From NCBI RefSeq assembly GCF_030530945.1, contig NZ_JAUMTZ010000004.1:10693-74692 (forward strand): a DNA stretch of 64,000 bases. Reading direction: 5' to 3'. This document shows, in pieces, positions 36,701-43,814 of this stretch. This stretch comes from Kocuria sp. (GTDB lineage Bacteria > Actinomycetota > Actinomycetes > Actinomycetales > Micrococcaceae). Under the pieces are notes generated by a model. That model saw nothing but the letters and a program-made list of their open reading frames with translations, searched no databases and was not told where the DNA came from. The translations under genes were made by a program, and so were the position numbers. Each line of letters begins with the position of its first letter. Within the stretch, counting starts at the first letter, position 1.

Positions 36701-37079
36701 GGGCCAGACCACCCTGCCGGTGTTCTACACGGACTTCCCGCTGGAGACCTCCCCGCTGACCCGCACGCACCGCACGGACCCCCGGCTCTCGGAGCGCTGG
36801 GACCTGGTGGCGTTCGGGGCGGAGATCGGCACCGCCTACTCCGAGCTCGTGGACCCGGTGGACCAGCGCAACCGGCTCACCGAGCAGTCCTTCAAAGCCG
36901 CCGCGGGTGACCCGGAGGCCATGGAGGTGGACGAGAACTTCCTCACCGCCCTGGAGTACGCGATGCCTCCCACGGGTGGCCTGGGGATCGGCGTGGACCG
37001 GCTCATCATGATGCTCACGGGCACGAACATCCGCGCCACCCTGGCGTTCCCGTTCACCCGCCCGAACGAGCAGCGCTGA
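33762..37079 (+). CDS. lysX: Bifunctional lysylphosphatidylglycerol synthetase (MprF-like membrane domain) / lysine--tRNA ligase
   Basis: N-terminal polytopic MprF/DUF2156-type domain. C-terminal class II LysRS (anticodon-binding OB fold; catalytic motifs FRNEG, GGLGIGVDRLIMMLTG). This architecture matches mycobacterial LysX. Confidence 0.85.
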   Translation: MTTVKTSRDWLPRLASTLVLLASLWSFVSIPFARRGSLYWVDEVFSTLGVPSGPNLFLALSLLIVGTSLRRRLRVAWVISLGVLIVELLVFAVLGVALVTESVDVELELLESAVLIAGAAITTAWTVAFIVHRKDFPARMRSGAVRQALLTLLGGLATVIALIFLVSWVVPSHLHHLHGVEHVWFSFRSVTGLSLPRSISDGSAGPHWLTVLGGVLGAAVLFFTVWQFTQSAQRSEVISAEDELHIRRLLATYGGQDSLGYFATRRDKSVIFSPDGRAAVSYRVIGSVCLASGDPLGPHDAWQDAIAAWKREGREHAWHLAVLSASETGAQAYVAAGLRARPLGDEAVLDTDTFSLEGRTMRPVKRAVARVREAGCTVTVERHGQLDAATMQQVIDLSEKWRGDEADRGFSMALNRLADRTDARCVAVLVRDATGEIVALQSYVPWGTRGISLDLMRRSPDAPNGVNEAMVAALAEDGGDLGIREISLNFAMFRSVFTGADKVGAGVGVRIADRVLSWGNRFWQLESLYEANAKYLPRWDSRFLCYDSAADLPLVGIAAGRAEGFLPGRAPRPGHDGETLVPGPDGTPTPLADLSLAQDRELLTPPRPVRHLTEQQRVRHAKLDVLREAGMDPYPVEVPYTTSVPRALEMIADGTAEATGEVVSVGGRVRALRDLGGVVFAVLEERDQRIQAVLEENAVAPELMRLWRRAVDVGDHVSVTGTLGRSRRGEPSVLATSWCMASKSLRPVPSEHTGFTNPEARVRQRYLDLIVNKESSQLLRARSRGIAAMRQSFTERGYMEVETPMLQAVHGGASARPFRTHINAYNADLYLRIAPELYLKHLCVGGMDKIFELNRNFRNEGADATHNPEFTSVEAYAAHGDYNTMRVLTREVIIEVATAIHGEPVAVRPDGHGGQTRIRLDHEWPVIPVHRAVSEATGTTLTSTTPLEEVRAVASAHDVHWNENMTAGEVVLELYDELVEGQTTLPVFYTDFPLETSPLTRTHRTDPRLSERWDLVAFGAEIGTAYSELVDPVDQRNRLTEQSFKAAAGDPEAMEVDENFLTALEYAMPPTGGLGIGVDRLIMMLTGTNIRATLAFPFTRPNEQR

Positions 37080-37112
37080 GCGGAGCCGCCGCCGTCCCGC
37101 CCGTCGGTGGAG

Positions 37113-37156
37113 CATGACAGTGCCCCCGTGCCTCACGGCACGGGGGCACTGTCATG
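37113..37156. terminator. Perfect 20-bp inverted repeat with 4-nt loop (CATGACAGTGCCCCCGTGCC-tcac-GGCACGGGGGCACTGTCATG) between convergent lysX and hchA; putative bidirectional terminator
   Basis: Seen directly: the two arms are exact reverse complements. Confidence 0.6.
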
Positions 37157-37169
37157 ACGTCTGCGGAGC

Positions 37170-38030
37170 TCAGTCCTCGGTGTAGGAGGCCCCGGTGAGG
37201 GTCTCCACCGCGAGCCGGCCCAGCGCGTTGGACGCCAGCGGGCTGTCCCCGGTCAGCAGGGTGCGGTCCTTGTGGACCAGCCCGGTCATGTCGTCGTTGA
37301 CCACCGTGAGGCCCGCACGGGTGAGCTCTTCGGCAACCAGCCAGGTCATGGTCCCGGGGAGGTACCCGATCTCGATGTTGGGACCGGAGTCCAGGGCGTC
37401 CGGGAACACCGCCACGCTGTAGCCGGCGAACAGGTTCTTCCCGTCCGCTGACACGGCGGAGAGCAGTGCCGCGGGACCGTGGCACAGGGTGATCACGGGA
37501 CGGCTCTGGTCCAGCGCCCACTGCAGGACCCGGCCCACCTCACGGCTCTCGGCGAGGTTGATGGTGGCGCCGTGGCCACCGGGGATGAACACCGCGGCGT
37601 AGTCGCTGGACGCGTCCAGGCCCTCGGCGATCTCGCCGAGCACCCGGGGGCGCTCGATCTGCGGAAGCAGCTTGTCCCAGGCCTCGTGAACGGCCTCGTC
37701 CTTCTCCGGCATGGCCCACAGCTCGAACTTGGCCATGTTGCCGGACAGGGTGGCCACCTCGACCTCGTAGCCTGCAGCCTGCAGGTGCATGAGCGGCAGG
37801 AGGGTCTCCACGGGGTGGTTGCCGGTGGAGAAGTAGACGCCGTCCCGCAGCTCCAGGTAGCGCTCGTCGGTGAGGATCGTCAGGATCTTCCGCGGCCCGG
37901 AGGACACGCGCGGGGCACCCTTGGCGCCGTCGAAGTCCGTGGTGGGGGGAACGTACTGGCCCAGGGAGTAGTCGGAGGGGAAGTACGCGTTGTGCTCGGC
38001 GGCGTCGACCGTCGGTTTCTTCGAAGCCAT
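37170..38030 (-). CDS. hchA: Glyoxalase III / protein deglycase Hsp31 (DJ-1/PfpI superfamily)
   Basis: Aligns along its full length with E. coli HchA (FPSDYSLGQY...GNHPVETLLPLMHL...ITLCHGPAAL...LLTGDSP). Confidence 0.85.
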   Translation of the reverse strand: MASKKPTVDAAEHNAYFPSDYSLGQYVPPTTDFDGAKGAPRVSSGPRKILTILTDERYLELRDGVYFSTGNHPVETLLPLMHLQAAGYEVEVATLSGNMAKFELWAMPEKDEAVHEAWDKLLPQIERPRVLGEIAEGLDASSDYAAVFIPGGHGATINLAESREVGRVLQWALDQSRPVITLCHGPAALLSAVSADGKNLFAGYSVAVFPDALDSGPNIEIGYLPGTMTWLVAEELTRAGLTVVNDDMTGLVHKDRTLLTGDSPLASNALGRLAVETLTGASYTED

Positions 38031-38166
38031 GGTGACCTTCTTCCGTAGTGGGGACTCACGGTGGTGAGTGCTGAGAGCCCGCGCGGGTCCTGGGTGGGAT
38101 CAGAAGTGATCCGCGACAGGACCTGCGCCGTGCGCTCGCAATCTCACCCTAGTAAACATATGCTCC

Positions 38167-38179
38167 ACAAACTAGTTGT
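38167..38179. promoter_or_regulatory. Palindrome ACAAACTAGTTGT (core AACTAGTT) in the AT-rich marR-hchA intergenic region; candidate MarR operator
   Basis: Seen directly, about 140 nt upstream of the hchA ATG in the only AT-rich stretch of this region. Confidence 0.35.
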
Positions 38180-38227
38180 CCCACCCGATTTCGCCGCAGG
38201 CCGCCCGAGAGGACGCGCCACGGCTGC

Positions 38228-38698
38228 TCAGAGGTCCAGCGCCCGGTCGTCGCGTGACCACTGGGCCACGCGCGCCAGCGCGTCACGGAGAACGTCCTGC
38301 AGCTGCGGGTCCAGAGCGGACAGCAGCTCGGACTCCGCCCGGGCCAGCTCGACCTCCAGAGAGCGCAGCAGGGACGTCCCCGCATCCGTGACCACGACCG
38401 TGCGGATCCGGCGGTCGGCCCCGTCCCTCTCACGGCGCACCAGCCCGCTCTCCACGAGGTCGTCCACCACGTACGGCATGACCGTCCGGTCCACCCCCAG
38501 GTACTCGGCGAGCTCCATCTGGGTGCGGATGGGCTTGTGGGCCACGGTGTGCAGCAGCTGGTACCCGCGGGCGCCCCGGGGAACCTCCGCGAAGACGGGC
38601 TCCACGCGCGCCCGGTAGCCGCGCAGGCACATGCCCAGTGCCCACCCCAGATCGCATGTGCGGCGGTCACTGTCCCGGGGTTCGTGCGCGTACGTCAT
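38228..38698 (-). CDS. MarR family transcriptional regulator
   Basis: MTYAHEPRDSDRRTCDLGWALGMCLRGYRARVEPVFAEVPRGARGYQLLHTVAHKPIRTQMELAEYLGVDRTVMPYVVDDLVESGLVRRE is a MarR wHTH. The track ORF 38228-40681 is a spurious upstream extension. Confidence 0.75.
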   Translation of the reverse strand: MTYAHEPRDSDRRTCDLGWALGMCLRGYRARVEPVFAEVPRGARGYQLLHTVAHKPIRTQMELAEYLGVDRTVMPYVVDDLVESGLVRRERDGADRRIRTVVVTDAGTSLLRSLEVELARAESELLSALDPQLQDVLRDALARVAQWSRDDRALDL

Positions 38699-38854
38699 CG
38701 TCCGATCCTCACACACTCCATCCTTTCTCCATCCTTTCCGTGCGGCGCGTCCCTGGTCATGGCGCTGCACGCCCGGCGGGTGCGGAAAACCCCACCGCGA
38801 CCCGGTGGTCAGCACTCGCGCGCGCCCGGCCGGGGTGTCCGTAGCGTGGAGGCC

Positions 38855-40471
38855 ATGAGCACACGAGCCTCCGAACCCACGCCACCGTGGGACACCACCG
38901 AACACCTGCCCCCGGTTGCCGAGCGCACCGTGCCGATGCCGAGCACCGGTTCCTCGGCATCGCCCACGGCTACCACGTCCGCCGGTCCCGCCGCCCCGCG
39001 CGAGTGGCGCGCCCTGTCCCCCAGGACACTGTTCTTCGGCGGTCTGGACCTCGTGGTGGACGCGGTGCTCAACACCGCGGCCCTCACGCTGGTCCTCGCC
39101 CTGCTGGCGGCGGGAATCGGTGCGGTGCCCGTACTGGGGCTGGGGCTCGGGGTGGGCGCCCTGCTCGTCGCGGTGCCGCTCTTCCTGCTGGGTGTGCTGG
39201 CACCGGTGGCCGCGGTCTACGTGATGCGGGCCGCGGTGTGGCTGGAACGGCGGCGCTCGGCGTCGTCCTTCGGCCTGGACGTCCGGGACCCGAGGCGGCG
39301 GCGGAGCCAGCGCACGGACTGGGTGCGCGTCCCGCACCAGTGGTGGCTGGACGCGAGCGACGGGCCCCTGTGGCTCGGCGTGATCCACCTGGTGCTCACG
39401 TGCTGCCTGGGGTGGCTCGCGCTGGTTCCGTTCGTCACGGTGGGGGCGGGGATCGCGCTGTCCTTCTCCCCGCTGTACATGCCGGGCAACTCGGTGGTCG
39501 CCAACGCCCTGGAGGCGGCGCACAACGCCCCCGTGTGGCTCCTGGTGGTGCTGAGCGTGGCCGCGGTGCTGCTGAGCATCCTGCTGGGTGTGCTGCTGAC
39601 CCTGGCGCACCGCGGGCTCTCGGCCGGGCTGCTGCGCCAGAGCGAGGCCGTGCGGCTGCGGCGTGAGGCCGTGGAGGCCCGCCGCCGCGCCGAGCACGAG
39701 TCCGCCGCGAAGGAGTCCGCGGTGCGCGGGGCGGAGACCGAGCGCTCGCGCATCGAGCGGGACCTGCACGACGGCGTCCAGCCCCAGCTGGTCTCGGTGG
39801 CCATGAACCTCTCCATGGCGCAGTCCCGGATCGACACCGATCCCGCCGCCGCCAAGGAGCTCGTGGCCGAGGCTCACGGCACCACGAAGGCCGCGATCAC
39901 GGAGCTGCGCCGCCTGGCCCGCGGCTTCCACCCCGCGGTGCTGGAGGACCGGGGGCTCGACGCCGCGCTGTCCGCCGTGGCCGCCCAGGCACCGTTCCCC
40001 GTGGACGTGTCCGTGGACGTTCCCCGGCTGGACCCCCGCACGGAGGCCGCCGTCTACTTCGCGGTCTCCGAGAGCCTGAGCAACGCCATCAAGCACTCCG
40101 GCGCCCTGGCGGCGGACGTGGCCGTGTCCGTCCAGGACGGCCCCGTTCCCGGCGCCCCCGTGGTGGTGGCCGGCGTGCGGGACTTCGGCCGCGGCGGCGC
40201 CCGCGTGCTCCCCGGCGGCGGACTCTCCGGGATCCAGGACCGCATCCGCTCCGCCGGCGGCCGGTTCTTCGTGACCTCCCCGGTGGGCGGGCCCACCGAG
40301 GTGGTCGTGGAGCTGCCGCTCCCCGGCCGGAGCACGACGGCGCACGGCACCTCCCCCGCCCACGGCACCGCGCCCGTCGCGCCCGGCGGGCCGGGGCAGG
40401 GAGCGGGCGGCGCGGCGCCGTCGTACCCCGCGGCCGGCGCGCCGCGCCCCGCAGCAGGAGAGGAGAGCTGA
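38855..40471 (+). CDS. Sensor histidine kinase, HisKA_3/NarL-partner type, with polytopic N-terminal sensor domain
   Basis: H-box ERSRIERDLHDGVQPQL (HisKA_3), HATPase_c region, and a Pro/Gly-rich tail. GGAGG upstream of the ATG at 38855. Confidence 0.8.
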   Translation: MSTRASEPTPPWDTTEHLPPVAERTVPMPSTGSSASPTATTSAGPAAPREWRALSPRTLFFGGLDLVVDAVLNTAALTLVLALLAAGIGAVPVLGLGLGVGALLVAVPLFLLGVLAPVAAVYVMRAAVWLERRRSASSFGLDVRDPRRRRSQRTDWVRVPHQWWLDASDGPLWLGVIHLVLTCCLGWLALVPFVTVGAGIALSFSPLYMPGNSVVANALEAAHNAPVWLLVVLSVAAVLLSILLGVLLTLAHRGLSAGLLRQSEAVRLRREAVEARRRAEHESAAKESAVRGAETERSRIERDLHDGVQPQLVSVAMNLSMAQSRIDTDPAAAKELVAEAHGTTKAAITELRRLARGFHPAVLEDRGLDAALSAVAAQAPFPVDVSVDVPRLDPRTEAAVYFAVSESLSNAIKHSGALAADVAVSVQDGPVPGAPVVVAGVRDFGRGGARVLPGGGLSGIQDRIRSAGGRFFVTSPVGGPTEVVVELPLPGRSTTAHGTSPAHGTAPVAPGGPGQGAGGAAPSYPAAGAPRPAAGEES

Positions 40472-40472
40472 G

Positions 40473-41129
40473 ATGCGGATCGTGATCGCCGAGGACGCCG
40501 TCCTGCTGCGCGCGGGACTCGTGCGCCTGCTCACGGACGCCGGGCACGAGGTGGTGGCCGAGACGGACACCGCCGAGGGCCTCGTGAGGGCGGTGGAGGA
40601 GCACCACCCGGACTTCGCACTGGTGGACGTGCGGCTGCCGCCCACGTTCAGCGACGAGGGCATCCGCGCGGCAGTGCTCATCCGTTCCGCCCACCCCCGG
40701 GTGGCCGTTCTGGTGCTCTCCCAGTACGTGGAGGAGCGCTACGCCTCGGAGCTGATCGCCTCCCGCCGCGAGGGCCTGGGCTACCTGCTCAAGGACCGCG
40801 TGGCGGACGTGGACCAGTTCCTGGAGTCCGTGCAGACCGTGGGCTCCGGCGGCACCGTGCTGGACCCGGAGGTGCTCACCCAGATCCTGGTGCGCTCGCG
40901 GCGGCGCAACGACATGGAGCTGCTCTCCCCGCGGGAGCGCGAGGTGCTGGGCCTCATGGCCCAGGGGCTCTCCAACGCGTCCATCGCCGCGAACCTGTAC
41001 CTCACCGAATCGGCCGTGGAGAAGCACATCGGCTCGATCTTCGCCAAGCTCGGCGTCATCTCGGAGACCGGCAACCGCAGGGTTCTGGCCGTTCTCAAGT
41101 ACCTCGGCTACTCGGACCACTCCCTCTAG
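40473..41129 (+). CDS. Two-component response regulator, NarL/FixJ (LuxR HTH) family
   Basis: REC domain (MRIVIAEDAVLLRAGL...DFALVDVRLP) and a LuxR HTH (LSPREREVLGLMAQGLSNASIAANLYLTESAVEKHI). Confidence 0.85.
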   Translation: MRIVIAEDAVLLRAGLVRLLTDAGHEVVAETDTAEGLVRAVEEHHPDFALVDVRLPPTFSDEGIRAAVLIRSAHPRVAVLVLSQYVEERYASELIASRREGLGYLLKDRVADVDQFLESVQTVGSGGTVLDPEVLTQILVRSRRRNDMELLSPREREVLGLMAQGLSNASIAANLYLTESAVEKHIGSIFAKLGVISETGNRRVLAVLKYLGYSDHSL

Positions 41130-41137
41130 GACCTGAC

Positions 41138-42373
41138 ATGACCACTCGCACCCCGGACCCCGTCCCTCCCACGCCCGAGGACCCCGCGTTCTCCGCGTCT
41201 CCCCACTCCGCCCGCACGACGACGCCGCCCCCGCCCGCCCCGCACGGCTGGAACCCCGCGGGGGACCGCCCCCTGCCCCGCGGCGAGCGCCGCGCGTGGA
41301 ACGCCGCCACCGCCGTGGTGGGTGGCGTGGGCGCGCTGGCCCTGCTGCTGGGTGGTGCGGGCACCGCCGCCGCGCTGGCCCTCACGCAGGAGCGTGACTC
41401 CTCGTGGAGTGCCGACTCCGCGGTCTCCGCACTGGACATCGACGCCCCCACCGCCGCGGTGGACGTGAGCACGAGCCCCACGGTGGACCACGTGGAGGTG
41501 CGGTGGCACGAGACCGGCTGGCACCTGGACGAGCAGCAGCTCACGCCCACGGTGGAGAAGGGCACGCTGCGCCTGACCGTCCCGCCCGAGCAGTCGGGAT
41601 GGGGCACCAGCTTTCGCAGCATCTCCGTGCTCGTCCCGGAGAAGGCGCCGGCGGCAGCCGTGACGTTCACCGGCCACACCGGCGCCGTGAGCATCACGGG
41701 CGCGTTCACCACCGTGTCCGCCACCACCGAGCTCGGCGTGGTCAGCGCGCAGGACGTGCAGGCCACGGTGCTGGACGCCCGCGCCACCGCGGGTGAGGTG
41801 GTGCTGGACGGCGTGCGGGTGCGGGACCGGCTGGACGCCCACGCCACCACGGGCACCGCCCTGGTGAGCACCCAGGGGGCGGCCCCGAAGCGCGCCTCCG
41901 TCACGGCGGACACCGGGTTCTACGGCGTGGACATGCCCGCGGCGGACTACTGGTACCCGGCCACGAGCCGCCACGACTTCCCGAACCCCCGCCTGCCCCG
42001 CACCACCTCCTCCGAGGACGGGACCACGGACTCGGCAGGGACCGGGATGGCGGGATCCGGGGGGACGGACGCTGCCACCGCCGTCTCCGGAGACGGAGCA
42101 CCGGGCGCGGACGTCCAGGCGGACGCCGTGTGCGCCTCCGCCCCGAAGAACCGGCCCTGCCTGTTCCTGCGCGGCGAGCCCCTGGACGTCCAGGACTTCG
42201 GGTACGCGGACGAGCTGGGTGAGGCGTGGCAGGAGCGCACCTCCCCGCACGAGAGCGACGACCGCAGCCCCGGCTCCCCGGCCAGCGGCACGTCCCCGAG
42301 CTCGCCGTCCGCGAGCAGGTCCACCAGCACACCCGCGGCGAGCGCACCACCCACTCCCGCCCGGGAGGACTGA
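41138..42373 (+). CDS. Membrane-anchored protein with DUF4097-like repeated beta-strand domain (LiaG/adhesin-like); function unknown
   Basis: N-terminal Pro-rich region and one TM (AATAVVGGVGALALLLGGAG). Repeated V/T/G-rich strands (VTFTGHTGAVSITGA, TVLDARATAGEVVLDGV...) and an acidic Pro/Ser tail. Confidence 0.5.
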   Translation: MTTRTPDPVPPTPEDPAFSASPHSARTTTPPPPAPHGWNPAGDRPLPRGERRAWNAATAVVGGVGALALLLGGAGTAAALALTQERDSSWSADSAVSALDIDAPTAAVDVSTSPTVDHVEVRWHETGWHLDEQQLTPTVEKGTLRLTVPPEQSGWGTSFRSISVLVPEKAPAAAVTFTGHTGAVSITGAFTTVSATTELGVVSAQDVQATVLDARATAGEVVLDGVRVRDRLDAHATTGTALVSTQGAAPKRASVTADTGFYGVDMPAADYWYPATSRHDFPNPRLPRTTSSEDGTTDSAGTGMAGSGGTDAATAVSGDGAPGADVQADAVCASAPKNRPCLFLRGEPLDVQDFGYADELGEAWQERTSPHESDDRSPGSPASGTSPSSPSASRSTSTPAASAPPTPARED

Positions 42374-42378
42374 GAACT

Positions 42379-42408
42379 CCCGTCCGGGGCGTACGGGCCC
42401 CGGACGGG
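42379..42408. terminator. 12-bp-stem hairpin (CCCGTCCGGGGC-gtacgg-GCCCCGGACGGG) 5 nt after the DUF4097-like gene stop
   Basis: Seen directly. Confidence 0.5.
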
Positions 42409-42555
42409 CGCCCCGCGGCACCGCTGACCAGGCGGGCCGCGGGGCTTTTCCGCGCCCGGGCCGGTCACCGCGGAGACTGCCACCCCGTCACGTCACGCGG
42501 CGCCCCGGGGGCGGGCGATGCCCCGGGAACCGCCGCGGGCCCGTAGCCTGAACGG

Positions 42556-43779
42556 GTGTCCTCCGCCGCAGCCTCCCCGCCCATGGACCGTGCGCGCATC
42601 ACCCGTGCCCGGATCGCCGTGTCCCTGCTGTTCCTCACGAACGGCGCGATCTTCTCCAACCTGCTGCCCCGGCTGCCGGAGATCAAGGACATGTTCGAGC
42701 TCTCCAACGCGCTGTACGGGCTGGCGGTGATCGCGTTCCCCATCGGCGGTGTGGTGGCCGGGCCGCTGCCCGCGCCCATCCTCCGGCGCTTCGGGACAGC
42801 CCGCACCGCGGCGGTGGGATCGGTGCTGCTGGCGCTCGCGGTGTTCGCGGCCGGGTCCGTGCCCGTGATCGCGGTGTTCGGGGCGGGGCTGTTCATCGCC
42901 GGGATGCTGGACGCCGTGGTGGACACCGCTCAGAACGCGCAGGGGCTGCGGGTGCAGCGCCTGGCAGGCACGTCCATGATCAACTCCATGCACGCCCTGT
43001 GGAGCGTGGGTGCCGTGATCGGCGGTCTGATGGGCACCGGCGCGGCCGCCCTGCACATCCCGTTCGTGTGGCACTTCCTCACGAGTGCCGCCATCTTCTC
43101 CGTGGTGGCCGTGCTGGCCCTGCGGTGGGCGGTCCCGGACGACCCCGAGGGCCACGCCGCCGCCCAGGCGGAGAACGTCCCGGTGGACACCGCCGGCATG
43201 CCCCGGCTGCCGCGTGGCACCGGCGCCGCGCTGCTCGCCCTGCTTCCCATCGCGGTGGTCGCCGTGGCCGGGGTGCTCGTGGAGGACGTGGGCTCCAACT
43301 GGTCCGCGGTCTACCTGCGGGACGTCCTCGCGGCACCCGTGGGGATGGTGGGGCTCGGGTACGTGAGCCTGGTGGGCGCCCAGTTCGTGGGCCGCCTGCT
43401 GGGCGACCGCCTCATCGACTCCCTCGGTGCCGTGCTCGTCACGCGCCTGGGCGGGGTGCTGATCTTCCTGGGGCTCGGCGCCGTGGCACTCGCCCCGGCC
43501 CCGTGGCTGGCCCTCACCGGGTTCGCCCTGGCGGGATTCGGCTGCGCAACCATGGTGCCCACCGCCTACGCCGCCGCGGACCGGGCTCCCGGGCTCAAAC
43601 CCGGCACCGGGCTCACGCTCGTGAGCTGGTGCATGCGCATCGTCTTCGTCCTCTCTCCCCCGCTGGTGGGCCTGTTCGCGGATGCCCTGGGGCTGCGCAC
43701 CGCCCTGCTCGTCTTCCCGCTCATGGGCGTCCTGGCGGTGGTGTTCGCGGGTGCGCTGCGGGAGCGCTCCGGACGCTGA
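42556..43779 (+). CDS. MFS transporter
   Basis: 12-TM protein. GTG start (alternative ATG 42583). Confidence 0.7.
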   Translation: MSSAAASPPMDRARITRARIAVSLLFLTNGAIFSNLLPRLPEIKDMFELSNALYGLAVIAFPIGGVVAGPLPAPILRRFGTARTAAVGSVLLALAVFAAGSVPVIAVFGAGLFIAGMLDAVVDTAQNAQGLRVQRLAGTSMINSMHALWSVGAVIGGLMGTGAAALHIPFVWHFLTSAAIFSVVAVLALRWAVPDDPEGHAAAQAENVPVDTAGMPRLPRGTGAALLALLPIAVVAVAGVLVEDVGSNWSAVYLRDVLAAPVGMVGLGYVSLVGAQFVGRLLGDRLIDSLGAVLVTRLGGVLIFLGLGAVALAPAPWLALTGFALAGFGCATMVPTAYAAADRAPGLKPGTGLTLVSWCMRIVFVLSPPLVGLFADALGLRTALLVFPLMGVLAVVFAGALRERSGR

Positions 43780-43814
43780 GCGCAGACCCGGGCGCGCCCG
43801 GGCATACTGGGGTC

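Noticed and set aside
38699-40681. Upstream 660 codons of track ORF 38228-40681 (817 aa)
   Set aside because: - Only the last 156 codons (MarR, 38228-38698) are coding.
- The rest is antisense to the histidine kinase gene.
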